A DNA stretch of 64,000 bases from Owenia fusiformis (lineage: Eukaryota). The notes below the pieces were generated by a model. That model made no database searches. It had not been told where the DNA came from and worked only from the letters and a program-made list of their open reading frames with translations. Below are positions 25,385-40,168 of this stretch, one piece after another. The stretch spans positions 42,222,001 through 42,286,000 of the forward strand of contig CAIIXF020000001.1 of NCBI GenBank assembly GCA_903813345.2, written 5' to 3'. The translations under genes were made by a program, and so were the position numbers. Numbering within the stretch: the first letter of the stretch is position 1; each line of letters starts with the position of its first letter.

Positions 25385-26098
25385 TAAAACATAAAACATG
25401 TTTAATTTGATGAAAAATGCCAAGTTTCACCAGCCTTGTTTTAAAATTCGAGAAGTTATGACGCATTGAATAAACAGTATGCTGTAACACACATTCAATT
25501 AATGAACCTAATTTATGGGACACCTCTAAATGCTAAAATGACAAATATTGTACATCACGTACTTATTTCCTTGGTTGCATATCGATCTCATGGTCCTAAC
25601 AATTAAATTGATATATAAAAATCTAAGTTAATTTTCATATTTTCAAAAAGCGTGTGTCCCGTAAATTAATCTCGTTAATTAATTTAGGATTTCAACTAAT
25701 TATAACACACAATTATATCTGTTGTAATAGATTTGTCATAATATGTCTACATGTTCTTTTAAAATGGCAGTCCCGTAAATTAGGGCCAACATCCACAAGT
25801 TGGACTAGAATTTCTGATAACATGGACCCTTTGTCATAAAAAGCCTCGTTTTATATTGGATCGGGTATCAATATGAGATTAGTTTGCGATCAATAACTTG
25901 TTGATAAGAAGCTTACATACGAGACCAGGTTGAAGTGTCATAGTCTGACTCGTAAATTAGATACAACTCAGTGACAGAATTTAAAGTTAAATTTTTGAAA
26001 GACTATAAGATGGATCGTGAGGTTACTAGGTATTTTTTTTATGAAAGTAGATATACTGAAGATACGTTATATGTTACATAGCGACTGTATGCCATTTG

Positions 26099-28937
26099 CA
26101 CGGGTAGTATCTAAAGCCCCGCTATGATTTAGAAGTCGCGAGCAAATACCCGCTGAAATCGCGAGCAATTAAAAGAAAAGAAGGGTTTTCTTTTGTTTAC
26201 TTAAATTGTATGTTGTAAAAAGCGTTTTCATTTAATTTTACTCAATTATTACATGGTATTGATACTAAAAAGCAACTTCTGCAAAAAAGGATCACGAGCT
26301 GATGTTCTGAGTTTTGTTATTTGATAATTGGAGAGAGAATGTATCATCTTGAATCTTTATCTATATATTTCTATATTTTATAGCTGAAGAAGGTCATTGC
26401 CCTTCAGTTGAAATGGTCATAGTAATATGAAATGAAGGTATTGTGAGTTTCACTTCCTAAAGTTTCACAAAAAATTATATATTTCAAATTTAGCATATCC
26501 CTTGAGGCCCCGCTTCTACAATGAGCAATAAACTAAAGATCCCGCTGAAAACATGAGGAGGCCCCGCTGAAAACATGAGGAGGTCCCGCTGAAATCAGGA
26601 GCAAGTGGCTCTCTAAAATGGAGTGAAGACCGATTTGACTTTGCAAATCTGCCACGACTGTAGCCAACGTCATAAATATATTAATTATTGATACTCTACA
26701 GAGCACATATATATCATATATCATTGTCATTGTTATTATCGGTTCGAGCAACCCCCCCTTACCAAAAGCTGGCTACGAGCATGATTCCAATAAAACCATT
26801 TCACTTAATGTATTTCGACCTGACTCAATCGAGAAATTTACCAAGAGAAGATTTAAATCCATTCCACGACTTTTGACAAGTTTCAAACAACTCGTTCTTC
26901 TTTGTATGCAATATATATTTATATTTCACTGAAGTTACATTATACTGTAGTTCAGTATATTACTACCTTAGAGGATTCAGCACCAATGGCGCACACGTTT
27001 GAAAAGGCAATTTATGGATCAACTGCTAGATGTAAGTAACAAAGGAGTACATCATCCGATTATGAGTCCGAAATAATAATAATCAAATAATTTCATCATT
27101 AACAATTAATCGTAGGTTATGTGAAACGCACGTGTTACGCGGAAAACATGATGCAAATATGTGTCATATTCTGCAATAAATATGGCATATTCACTTATGT
27201 TATGTGTATGACAGATTCAGCTGCAGTATATTGCATACCCACTAAGCAATGAGAACACGATACGGAAGTACGCAATTGTCAATTGCATTGATTGAACAAA
27301 CGGGTAATCATTGTGTCATTTTCACCTGCGGTATATGACATATTCGGCAAGTGAGTATGACATATTCTGCAGGTGACTATCAGGTATTCACTGAAATCAG
27401 TGTATCGCATATTCACGGCGGAATATCGCATACTCACCTGTGGAATATGCCATAAACTGCAGGTGAGTATGGCATATACTGTATACCCGTATCACAACTA
27501 CCACGCAACCATAAATGTATGCCATACTCCGCGTAACATCGTATGTGTTACGCGGAGTATGGCATATATTCATGGTTGCGTGGTATTTGTGATACGGGTG
27601 TATATGCCATATTCAGCTGTGGTATATGGCGTATTCCGCAGGTGAGTATGGCATATTCCGTATTGAATATGTGATGCATTGATTTCAGTAAATACCCCAT
27701 GCTCGCAGAATATGTCATACTCACTTGCAGAATATGCCTTACACCGCAGGTGAGTATGCCATATACCGCAGGTGAATCTGTCATACTCCACAAGTGAATA
27801 TGCCATATTCATTGTGGAATATGACATATATTTGTATCGTGTTTACGTAACAATATGTCCAGGAAAATGGCTTATGCAGGACATACGATTTATATGTCCC
27901 GGATCCACGTTTGAGCGGGACATACGAAAAATATTTGCCCGGATATGGAATATATTCCTGGTTGATATGTCCCTGAAAATTATCAGGTATGGAATACAAA
28001 TCATCATTATTTTAATAAATATATATTTAAAAACAAAAACTTGAATGTTATTGTTAAATGTTATTGTTAAATTATAAAAGTAGAACCTGAATTATCATGG
28101 AGACTTTGTGGTTCTCCTTTCTCTCTAAATTTCATCTTCTTGCAACTTGGGGTGTCTTTGTTTAATACAAGACTCATTACCCTGAACCTCAGGCTTCAAT
28201 TAAGTTCATTCTTGAAATGATATCCACCTTTCTCCTATACATTTTGATATGGATGCAACTCTATAAAATGTTTGACGAAATCTCTGGTGGCTTGAAGTTG
28301 GAATGGAAACATTAGAAACCTGGCCCTAGAATGAGACAGTATATATACAGTAATTATTAGAAGTACTTAACTTGGTCTTTCGAGTACGTTTATTTGAAGA
28401 ACCTCAATATTTTATGTAATAGTAATGAGCTTTCCTCGTAATCGAAGCGGGTACTCGTGATATCTGCTCCTGTTTTCAGCGGGACCTCCTCATGTTTTCA
28501 GCGGGGCTTCCTCATAATTTCAGCGGGGCCACTGGCACACCTTCAATGATGTATTTCACCCCCCACAGTGGATGTTTTTGAAAACAAACTTATCAATACA
28601 TACAATGTTGGTCCAATATTCATAATGAGGTATGTATATCGTAGTTCGTGTCTCTATTTTAACCATAAAAGTAATATGTTAACAGTAAATTATGCAAACG
28701 TGCATATTGACGCCCGTTTCTTCCATGCCAGTAAAAATAGTTATCTTTCATGTCATTGTTTGTGAAGATATACCTGTTCTGAAAGTATACCTAAAGTATC
28801 AAAGAACAGTAATGCGTATTCTTACCTTTTTGGTCCATATTTCCAGATGAATTAAATAAAAAGGACTTTGCTCGTGATTTCAGCGGGAACTTGCTCGCGA
28901 CCTCTCAATTATAACGGGGCTTTGGATACAACCCGTG
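26099..28937. mobile_element. Non-autonomous Transib-like element 1
   Basis: CACGGGT...ACCCGTG TIRs (~70 bp, imperfect); 5-bp TSD ATTTG; internal ccgctgaaaacatgaggagg repeats in inverted orientation. Confidence 0.75.
27170..27830. repeat. Foldback array of ~23-bp gcatattc/gagtatg units nested in element 1
   Basis: Inverted arms centred near 27543, built from short degenerate repeats. Confidence 0.7.
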
Positions 28938-30046
28938 ATTTGTGTACAATGAACAGCAAATCTATGTTTACTTATCACTTCGGTGACAGGCCATTGTGGG
29001 TGCCCCGCATACTTCAGACACCTCTCAGTCAGTAACACAATATGGTGCATATTTAATATGTATTCAATTCTACTGCCATTTCATAATTATTGATAAAAAA
29101 TGTCATTTATACCATAAAAAGTGCACATTTTTTGATTAACATTAGGAAAAGCAGTTACATCATTTTTCACGCTTAACGGAGAATGGCTGTGCAACATATT
29201 TATTTACTTATTTACCTGTATTTAACAGAGTGGTTTTAACATATTCACATTTTTCATCACACAGTTAAATATATGCAGTTACAACACTATTTATGTTTTA
29301 AAAATGCTTATTCTATCAAGAATGTTTTTATATTTTAATATTCTACTGTCATGGAATACCATGACCCTCTTCTCTTCTTACATCATAGATTGCCATGGAA
29401 TTTGCTATAGGGTACTTTCGATTTGGAATTGGTGGAATCGACGGACGAATCAAATTCGTAATAAAAACACGTGATTTAAACGTCACTTCTCAAAAAAGAT
29501 TTCTCAACGAACTGCATTAGCAACGAACAATTTCTGATCGCGAACGACCAATTGGCAAAGTCCTAGGTTTTCACTTATTTCTAACAGTTCCTACGAATCA
29601 TTATATATTTTTCGTACGAATGAATTCTTATAACATTAGAAATAAACATCTAATAAAATATGGTGAATTTAATCTGTAGGAAACACGAATAAATATTTTT
29701 TTTAAAGTACGGTAACTTTTTATGAAGAGTAAACTTCCCGGGAATTTTTAAATTGTATGGGAAGCCCGGCCCCCTCGATCAGCAGGATTGGCACGGAAAA
29801 TCAGTGCAACTAAAACACAGGCAGTTTTTTAGATGCGATGTGTATCAGAAATTCAAAATGATATTCTACTGTCCAGCGTATTCTCTCTGTTTATGTACTG
29901 TACATACGTGCGTCGTGCAAATCGTATCATATCATCACCTTCAACTTTACACTCGAGATGATATACAATATTATAGCACGTATATAGCATTTTGTCACGA
30001 CTAAATTTATGCCATAATTTAAATGCATATGACATCCAAGGCAAAA

Positions 30047-30680
30047 AATACTTAATAATAGTACAATAACGTCATTTCTAAGGGCGATATAGTGAAATAT
30101 TGGACCAAGGGCCGAAGGCCCAAGGTCCAATATTTCACTAGTTTATATATAATTTGATTAGAAGGCTGCTAAATAACGATTAAAAAATGGTATTTATGAC
30201 GAGCTATATCATGTACAGAAAGTAGTGCATATTACTGCACAATGTGATTGTAATCATGGGATAAACCCAATATCACATAATTTCTCGCCTAATAATACTA
30301 ATAACGTCATTTCTGCGAGCAATATATACAGAATAACTCATTCGCTTCACTCACTCGTGTTGATATTTGATATCAACTCGGCGATAAAAATGATATCACT
30401 CAAAATGATGTGATATTCTGTATATATTGCTCGCAGAAATGACGTTATTAGTATTATTACCACCGTTAACGACCAGGACTGAAACAGCAAGAAAATCTTA
30501 AGCATTGAACGATATCTAATTTCCCGGGGAAAATTGCCGGTCCAGAATATATTCTAGACCGGTCCATATGGACCACCACTATGACGTCACACATTTCTCA
30601 GGTCGATATAGTAAAATAAACGCCTTCTAAACTAGCACTAAAACCCCTAGAACTGGCCCGGCAAGGTGGTAATAATACCG
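30047..30680. repeat. Hairpin-terminated element cluster
   Basis: Hairpin tagtgaaatattggacc-aagggccgaaggcccaa-ggtccaatatttcacta, and a palindrome at 30290-30460. Confidence 0.6.
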
Positions 30681-31729
30681 ATTCACATTTTATACATCCA
30701 CTCCTTCACTGAAAATAGTCGTCGAGGTACATTAAATCCCCAACCAAAATATAGTTGAAATTGATTGTCTACTTTATGCAAGTCATTATAATGGAGCTAA
30801 ACGTATCCATGATGCCAGGTAGGGATTGGGGGTATTAAGCAATTCATTAGTTGGATCATTGTATGCCTTACATTTACATTGTCACGTGAACAAGGAATGG
30901 TCCAAATACCACTGGGTACTTATAATTGGAATGTTATTAAAACCCTTCGACCTTCGACCTGCACCTTCGACCTGCACCTTCGACCTTCACCTTCGACCGA
31001 CAGGGTGTCAAAAAAGAAAATAATATAGAAGCTATTTTTGCCGATCTCAGTCCACGAACCGGGACCACGAGAGTCATATTTTCTTTCGAAACTATATAAT
31101 ATTTCCATTCAAGGATTTCCATATACTGCCCTGTCACGCATTTGCTTGAAAAATAGAAATCACGCATCAATTTAGCGTGTATGATCAAATATCATGCAAA
31201 TCACGCATTTTGTTGATATTTTTAAAAATCTTTTTTGTGAAATGCCGACACGGTAAAAACCGAACGGCGAAGAAAAGCGAACGCATTCCGGTCTTTGCAC
31301 GCGATTGCCGTTTATGTCACGCATTTGGTACAAAATATTTGTATATATCACGCATTTGTTTCAAAAATGCCCCCCCCCCCGTTGACGGATTTGAACAGCG
31401 AGCGTTAGCGAGCTGGAAAATATTTTTTTCAAAATCTGCCAGGTGTTCACTGAAGCCCTGACTGAAGCTGTCCAAAGTTGGAAGGAAGGTGTTCAACATT
31501 TGGAAGTCACTCATGTTAGCATATAAGTCATATAATTGTAAACACGTATATAAGTAGGCCTATTAGGAAATACGTTAGAAACATTCACTCAAGTCCATGT
31601 CTCAGACGTGACTAGCAGGCCCGCAGCCAGGATTTACCACATATTGGCTATACTGTATGGGGACGTACCGCTAAAGTGGGTCACTTTTTCACCGGAAAAT
31701 CCCTAGATGTGGGTCCCATTTTGAAGAAA

Positions 31730-33922
31730 ATTCCAGACATAGTTTAGATAATTCCAGCCTGTTTGATGAAATACTGCTGAACTGAGAAACTTTGTCATTT
31801 CCAGGCAAAGTTTTAGAATATTTCAGCCCGATTGAAGAATTACTGCTGGATCGAGAAACTTTGTCATTACCAGACTTAGTTTGCATTATTCCAGCCTGAT
31901 TGAGAAGGAGTGCCAGAAACTTTGTATTTTCAGGTGTTATTAAGCAACTTATGTTTTTTCTATTGTTAACTTGAGAAACTTTGCCATTTTTGAGATCAAG
32001 AAACTTATGATTTTTCTATTGTTAACTTGAGAAACTTTGCCATTTTTCGAAATCAAGAAACTTTGAGAAACTTTGCCATTTTCGAGATCAAGAAACTTAT
32101 GTTTTTCTATTGTTAACTTGAGAAACTTTGCCATTTTTTGAGATCGAGAAACTCACATTATTCTTTTCATAATTTAGTTAACTTGAGGAACTTAGCCATT
32201 TTTTAGATCGATTATTTTTCATCAATTTGTTGACCGAAGAAATACTGCTGGACTGGGGAACTTTGTCACTTCCAGACATAGTCTATACAACTCCAGCCTG
32301 TTTGAAGAGCTTTGCTGGATTGAGAATCTCTGTCATTTCCCGACATAGTTTATACAATATTCCAGCCTGACTGAAAAAATACTGCTGGACTGAGGACCTT
32401 TGCCATTTCCAGACAAAGTTCATAATATTCCTGCCTGATTGAGGAACTTTGCTGGATCGAGAAACTCTGTCTTTTCCCGACATAGTTTATACAAGATTCC
32501 AGCCTGACTGAAGAAATACTGCTGGACTGAGGAACTTTGCCATATCCAGACAAAGTTCGTAATATTCCAGCCTGATTGAAGAATTATGCTGGATTGAGAA
32601 ACTCTGTCATTTCCCGACATAGTTATACAAGATTCCAGCCTGACTGAAGAAATACTGCTGGACTTAGGAACTTTGCCATTTCCAGACAAAGTTCATAATA
32701 TTCCAGCCTGATTGAGGAACTTTGCTGGATTGAGAAACTCTGTCATTTCCCGACATAGTTTATACAATATTCAAGCCTGACTGAAGAAATACTGCTGGAC
32801 TGAGGAACTTTGTCACTTCCAGACATAGTCTATACAACTCCAGCCTGTTTGAAGAATTTTGCTGGATATACAATATTCCAGCCTGACTGAAGAAATACTG
32901 CTGGACTGAGCTGAGGAACTAAGCCATTTCTAGACAAAGTCACAATATTCCAGCCTGTTTGAAGAACTGCTGGATTGAGAAACTCTGTCATTTCCCGATA
33001 TAGTTTATACAACATTCCAGCCTGACTGAAGAAATACTGCTGGACTGAGGAACTTTGCCATTTCCAGACAAAGTTCATAATATTCCAGCCTGATTGAGGA
33101 ACTTTGCTGGATTGAGAAACTCTGTCATTTCCCGACATAGTTTATACAATATTCCAGCCTGGCTAAAGAAATACTGCTGGACTGAGGAACTTTGTCACTT
33201 CCAGACATAGTCTATACAACTCCAGCCTGTTTGAAGAATTTCGCTAGATTGAGAAACTCTGTCATTTCCCGACATAGTTTATACAAGATTCCAGCCTGAC
33301 TGAAGAAATACTGCTGGACTGAGGAACTTTGCCATTTCCAGACAAAGTCCATACTATTCCAGCCTGATTGAAGAGCTTTGCTGGATAAACAATATTCCAG
33401 CTTGACTGAAGTAATACTGCTGGACTGAGGACTTTGCCATTTCCAGACAAAGTCCATACTATTCCAGCCTGATTGAAGAGCTTTGCTGGATATACAATAT
33501 TCCAGCTTGACTGAAGTAATACTGCTGGCCATTTCCAGACAAAGTTCATAATATTCCAGCCTGATTGAGGAACTTTGCTGGATTGAGAAACTCTGTCATT
33601 TCCCGACATAGTTTATACAATATTCCAGCCTGGCTGAAGAAATACTGCTGGACTGAGGAACTTTGTCACTTCCAGACATAGTCTATACAACTCCAGCCTG
33701 TTTGAAAAATTTTGCTGGATTGAGAAACTCTATCATTTCCAGACATAGTTTATACAAGATTCCAGCCTGACTGAAGAAATACTGCTGGATTGAGGAACTT
33801 TGCCATTTCCAGACAAAGTTCATAATATTCCAGCCTGATTGAGGAACTTTGCTAGATTGAGAAACTCTGTCATTTCCCGACATAGTTTATGCAAGATTCC
33901 AGCCTGACTGAAGAAATACTGT
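31730..33922. repeat. ~65-bp satellite array with subunit variants
   Basis: Unit approximately ttccagcctgattgaagaaatactgctggactgaggaactttgccatttccagacaaagttcataata; a derived ~57-bp subarray lies at 31950-32210. Confidence 0.95.
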
Positions 33923-35181
33923 TATCATTTTCTTCCTAAAATATGATTGTATCCAGCGGTAAGGTCAAAGAACAAACAGCCATCAGAAAACTTGATGATA
34001 GCCACAAGTAACGTCGAGGAAGAATTTCAAGGCGTTCAATTGCATATGACTCTAATTGATTATTAGACATGCCCTTGGAATATATGAACATTCCAATACC
34101 TCTGTAACATTTAGATATAAATCTTACCTATTTGTTATTGTAGTATGTTTTGTAAAACATGAGCAATAATTTGTTGTCAGACCCCTTGCGATTATATGGA
34201 AAAATTCTGGTAATAAAATGTTTTAAATGGTAAGAAAACTAATATGTTCCCAATCATAAATTACCTAAATATTCCACATAATTTTGTTGAATCGGCTTGG
34301 CTCATATTTGAAAAATCAAACAAAATCTGAAAAACACACTTGCATAATTACACTAATTAAACACCGACATCTACGGTAAAATTAAACAGTATATTTTTAA
34401 ATTATGATAATTTATTTTTGTTCGTATGCTTAGAATAACGGTCTGTGTCTTATAAAATGTATAACAGTTCGAATCAAAATATTTATGTTTTTTGACCCCT
34501 TGTGATGAAAGACATTTTTCGACCCGAAAGCCGGAAGTTTTTCAGCAAATGGTATTTTAAAAGAATCAAGACATGTACACTTTCATAAATAGTGCTTCAA
34601 ATGTTGCTGCACTATATTGTGCTACGGATACTTCATATTCGGAAATCATACCATGGACTACATATTACCATGGACTTTCTTCAGGTCCGTGATATTACTT
34701 ACCCATATTTGGGTCAGCAATTTCTTAAACAACACCAAGTGCACCTTCGTCCTAGTCCTGTATTCCTACAATGAACAGAATGTGAAGTCTGTAATATGAT
34801 GATGGCACATGATCGACGGCATTCAAAATGAAACAGAAAAATCGTTATTATATACACTCAGTGTGAAGCTAATATAAGGTTATTGTTTGTATGTTATTCA
34901 CCCTTTCACAAAGTAAACAAAATCGATAATTTCCGGCGCGCTGATTGGTTGTAATACAGCCAGCAAAGGAATATTTTGAATTGACTGCAATAAAAAGGAT
35001 TATATTTGCGCAATGCACTAATTATTTTTTAATCAAATATGAAATATGGACGGAGCACTTTCATTCCGAATCTTATGTGATTTAATTTAATCATTTTTTG
35101 ACATAACTATTGTTTATTAAGACTTCTCAGATCAGCCTCATATACATATACCCGGGCTCACATGTCTCGTGCAATTGTAAA

Positions 35182-37576
35182 GGGGGGGGGGGGGGGGGGG
35201 GTGTATAGGGGGTCTTGGAAATCCATATACAATATTTTTTAGCTCTCTTATACCATATACAATATTTTTTCACCCCTTTTATACCATATACAATATTTTT
35301 CACAGCTCTTATACCATATACGATATTTTACAAAAGTTCAGGTGAAATACAGTATACGATAATTTTGAAACTGCTGTTGATTAAAGTTTGGATATTTATA
35401 AGGAAATAATATAAGGAGAGAATCCATGTATTACACTAAGTGTATTACTATGAGGCAAATAGACTGCACAATGATTTTACTGATTACATTATGAATAAGA
35501 CATCATTCGGGTACATCCTCATATTCAGAAATTCTGTGACCAAACTATTTTCCGGTAAACAAGTTGATTTAAAACATATTTATGGTATAAGATTCATGTC
35601 TTCTCTTTAGTGATTTCACAACCTACTTTGACCATGAGCTTTCAACTCTTGAAAGCTCATGCTTTGACCAAAACACTAACTTAACATTTCTGCAACTGGC
35701 TAAAGCCACTGCCATAAAGATATTCAAAATCAGCACAAAACTTCATCATTGGAATGGATGGAACCCACCACCCAGTGTACCTCTTTGTTATGACTTACTT
35801 TTCCACGACTTATTTTGATGTCAATGTGATCCATCATACATAGTGAGCCAGGGAAAAAATTCCTTGAAAGATAATTGATGCAAAATTGAGAATGTGGAAT
35901 AAAAGATTCATCATGCGTTCTTTGAAAATAAAGTTTGAGGAAAATATGTTCACTAACACTATCAGGTAGATAGTGAAGATTCACAATGCACAATAATTTT
36001 GTAAAGCAGTCACCTCGAACATTTTAAGTATTGAAAACAGTTTTGGAAACAAAGGACTTCACAAACTTCCATTTAGATAATTCATTCATTTTTGATTGGA
36101 CTCGAGTCTGGAAACTCGAGTTTGAAATAAAGGCAAAATGAGACTCGATTGTTTGAATATTTGAAACAGAGACACTTAGGGGTTTCAGATAAGGCAGCCT
36201 AAAGTCAAACAAAATTGTGCCAAAATTAAGCAAATTTCCATAAAGATCAAAACCACTTGTTTCATGAATGATTTCAAGACAAAGATGTATTGATGAGAAT
36301 GAAAACTACTCTTCATGTATGTAACTAGAAGTAACTTTCTTTTAAAGGACCACAGACGGTATCCAGGTATCGCAACAGATTTCAGATAGTCATAATGTTG
36401 GATTTTGGCTATTTCCTGAGGATTTGAACAGGTGCATATGTTAGGCCAATGCATTAACTCCAGGACAAGCATCAAAGAGATGCTAAAATAATTTGGACTT
36501 TGAGACAGGGACGGTGGAAACACCCCACAAACTTTTTTTGTCTTGATTTCCAGCCCTTTCCACACCTGTTTTTCAATATTTGTTGCATTGTTTTGAGACA
36601 TGGTTAACGTATTTAAAGGAAAATATGATTTATGCAGGGGTTTTAAAGATATCAATTTTGGGTGACCAAAAATTAAGCTGAAAGCAATGGATCACATGAG
36701 TTTTCCCTATGGGAAAATAACATTATTATCTCAAAATGCAACATATTCATGTATCAAACATTGAAAAAACATGTGTGGAAAGGGATGACAATCGGGACAA
36801 CATTTCGTTTGTGGGGTGTTTGCACCTTCCCTGTCTCAAAGTCCAAATTATTTTATCACCTCTATGAGTGCTTGATCTGGAGTTAATGCATTGGCCTACC
36901 ATATGCACCTGTTCAAATCCCCAATAGCCAAAATCCAACATATGACAGTTTGAAATCTGTTTCGATACCTTCAGTGGTCCTTTCTTTGATTAGTATTACG
37001 ACCAAATAAACACCTTTTGCCATATTAGCGTATCTAGTTATGTTTGTATTAAAACATACACTGTATGAACACTTTATACTCAAATATTTTAATGATTTAT
37101 CCCACAAACCTTGAAACACGAGTAGCCATAGTCACCATATTTTTCATCAAAGTTGAGAAGAGACAATGACATTTGGCTTTCTTATTCGAGACTGTATTGA
37201 ACACCTCCTGTGAAAAAGGGCACAAAACTCTTAGTTTGAGAGTGATTTTCTCAAAACGTATTGATCAACCTGGAATGTGGAACCAATTAGGGAGACTACT
37301 TTTCCATGTTTTTCCAATACGGTTACAGTAAGCCAGTCAGCACAGTTGGGAATATTAGGGTACAATTTTTTCATAATTGGCCTTAAATTCTTTTTAAACA
37401 TATATTTATTCTACTGGTGCCTTGAGATACCATATACCATATATTTTCTCTTATACCATATACCATATTTTTTACACTGCTTATACCATATACGATAAAT
37501 TTTGCCCCCTCTTATACAATATACAATAAATTTTCACCCTCTTATACGATATACAATATCCCTATACACCCCCCCC
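35182..37576. mobile_element. Poly-G-terminated TIR element (Sola-like/unclassified)
   Basis: GGG..GTGTATAGGG / CCCTATACACC..CCC termini. Flanking duplication is TGTAAA, or GTAA if the termini are AGG/CCT. Subterminal ataccatatacaata repeats. Confidence 0.75.
36346..36981. mobile_element. Kolobok-like foldback MITE nested in the poly-G element
   Basis: ttaa|AGGACCAC ... GTGGTCCT with inverted arms of about 250 bp. Confidence 0.6.
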
Positions 37577-40168
37577 TGTAAACAAAAACTCGGTTAAATT
37601 ATCTTATAGTTGTCATACAATATCCTGTTAAATGGTTATTATGTCGTAGTAAGAAGTGTCGCGACCCTCGTGTGGTAGCGTGGTTTGAGGGTCGTAAACA
37701 GAATACAGTCTAAGAGTGAATAGTTTGATTTTATGTTTTCATTGACTTAGTTTTGGGTTGAAAAGTTGAAATGTATATTCCCTATTTAATTGAACAGCAT
37801 CTGCGTTCACAGCATCATTACAAAATGGGATAAAGTGGGGATAAATATCATAGGGGATAAAATGGGATAATTTTTGCGATGAAAATTTAGGTGATAAATT
37901 AGGGATAAATTCTGGGATAAAAATAATTGGGATGAAGTGGGACAATTTCGGGATAACAGTTACGGGATAACAATATCTAAATATGGACTAAGTAAGAGAT
38001 GTCAGTGTTCAATGTAAGTTCTATATTTCATTAAAGCAAATGGCAACAAACTCAAGATTCTTCATATGCCCAGTGATGAGTTGTATTTAATAAGTGAAAA
38101 GTTAGGACGTGAGTATAACCAGCTGGAAGTCAAGTTTTAGCTTAGGGCTACAATGGACTTCAAGCTGTATGCAAAGCTCACTGTTCACAATTAAAGTGGG
38201 AAATTTTGTAATGCATAAAGTAGGGCTTTTTTAAATCAGGAGTCTGTGAAACTCATCAGGGGATAATATTACTAATTCACCATGTAAACACACAAATAAC
38301 AAAAAAGTGGAAGTAAATGGATTTTTATATAATGTATAAAAACGACTCTATTTCTATTACTATTCTACACAAACGTTACAAAATCAGTACAGTCAAATGG
38401 TATATCAAGTCCACAAATAGTCTCTAATACACAATGCACAAAACAGCACAGTCAGTGGAAGTTCAGTAAATCAATTTGCAATAAAGCAGAAAATGTGTTT
38501 CTTTCCAAAAATACAATCAACAGTTCAGTTATGTATGATCTCTAGGGGGGGGGGGGGGGGGTTGAAATCACCTTTCTATACTACTCACATGAAAAGTGGA
38601 ATGTAGTTTTGCCCACAATCAGCAAACAAATGGTTGAAGTATTTAAGTATTCAAATTGAGTGAAACACTGTGTAAATGCTTATGTTCTAACTGAATGATA
38701 AGTTGTTTAAAGGGCTTTAAAGATCTTTGATAATGGGTTTTCACATGGGCCAAAAGTGAAAAGGGTAGCTATAGGGTAAAATTATCAAGCGCAATGCAGA
38801 TGGCAAGTAGGAACAGACAGTTATGCTATCAAAATGTACTTGAATTAATGTGATGCATTGTTCAGAAGTGACCCTGATGAAAAGGTTAAAATATAATCCA
38901 AATAACCAAGCAAGACCAACTTGTCGCCGTGACACTCGACTGCCGGCCTAAATTAAGCCGGGTTGAGTGCCCTGTTGACGCTGTCTCCCATTAGTTATAA
39001 CAGATTTCAGGATTATTCCTCATTCAGTGTCAAATATAAATTCTGTATCTGTTCAATATTAACTAAGTTCAACTCCGTATACTAGTTAGAAAATTGCTAT
39101 TTCAAATACCATTATTGTGCATCAATTAATTATAGGGAATGACCATTAACTGTAAATATGTGTAGGATAAAAGTGAAGCAAAGCCGGATAAGGGCTTGTC
39201 AATGGCTTCTTAATGCTAATGTGTAAGCTGAAATTTTAGCTTTCATTGACTTTTTGGGGCTTTTGTATTCATTGACTAGGCAAGGGGTGGTGAAAGTGTC
39301 TAGACAGCATCTTATCCTAGGCTTAAAAGCTGATGAACTTGCTTCAATATTGACCTAGATTCTGCAAGTACTGTGTAAAGAATCAATGATCAGCTGTATG
39401 ATTAAGGTCACAAAGAATGCTCGGGATCCCTTTTTAAAATACCCAGGTATGAACGTACAAATATAGAAGGGTGAGTTTTCTAATGGGTCAATAAAAGTAA
39501 CATTGACGAATAGAATTAATACAAGTTCAAGTTGAATGTGGAGGGGGGGGGGTGTCGAAAAGATTATTCAATGGAACCCTAGGAACATTGACTCTGGTTT
39601 AGAATAAGTTACATCGGTTCCTAATGACCTTAACTTAACATACACCTTGCCAAATGTTCATAAACGATCCCCGGGACCTCCCGAATTTACAATAGTTCAA
39701 AACGTTCTCTCTAAGTTCAGGTTTATAAATCAAAACAGATATATAACATGAAAAATCATTCCAAGTTAAAGGATCTAGATTAGTGAATGATGTATCTATC
39801 ATAAGTGTAACAACCGGGGGTCACACTCTCCTAGCCGTGACGTAATATAAAATTACTAGGTGTTAAAAATACTATGGTAGCGTATATATGGCCTAGGCTA
39901 GGGAGTGTGTTGGTTGTTATGAATTTTAACCTTACTGAATATCAAATTGTCCTACTCCATAAATGATAGTACAAAAGAATATGATTTGATTATATATATT
40001 ATGTAACTGTATTATAAAACTACTAAAATGATATGAAATATATACAATGATGAATATTTACAATAAGGTCTACAGAATTGTATCAGACATGTTGTTTCAA
40101 ATAAGATACTGTAATAAATCCAAAAACGGTTGTCAATCTTATTCACAATGCACCAACTTGACCTTATA

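Noticed and set aside
31730..33922. CRISPR-like array or repeat-protein ORFs (32283-33883)
   Set aside because: There are no unique spacers and the whole monomer repeats; ORFs occur in several frames with frequent stops.
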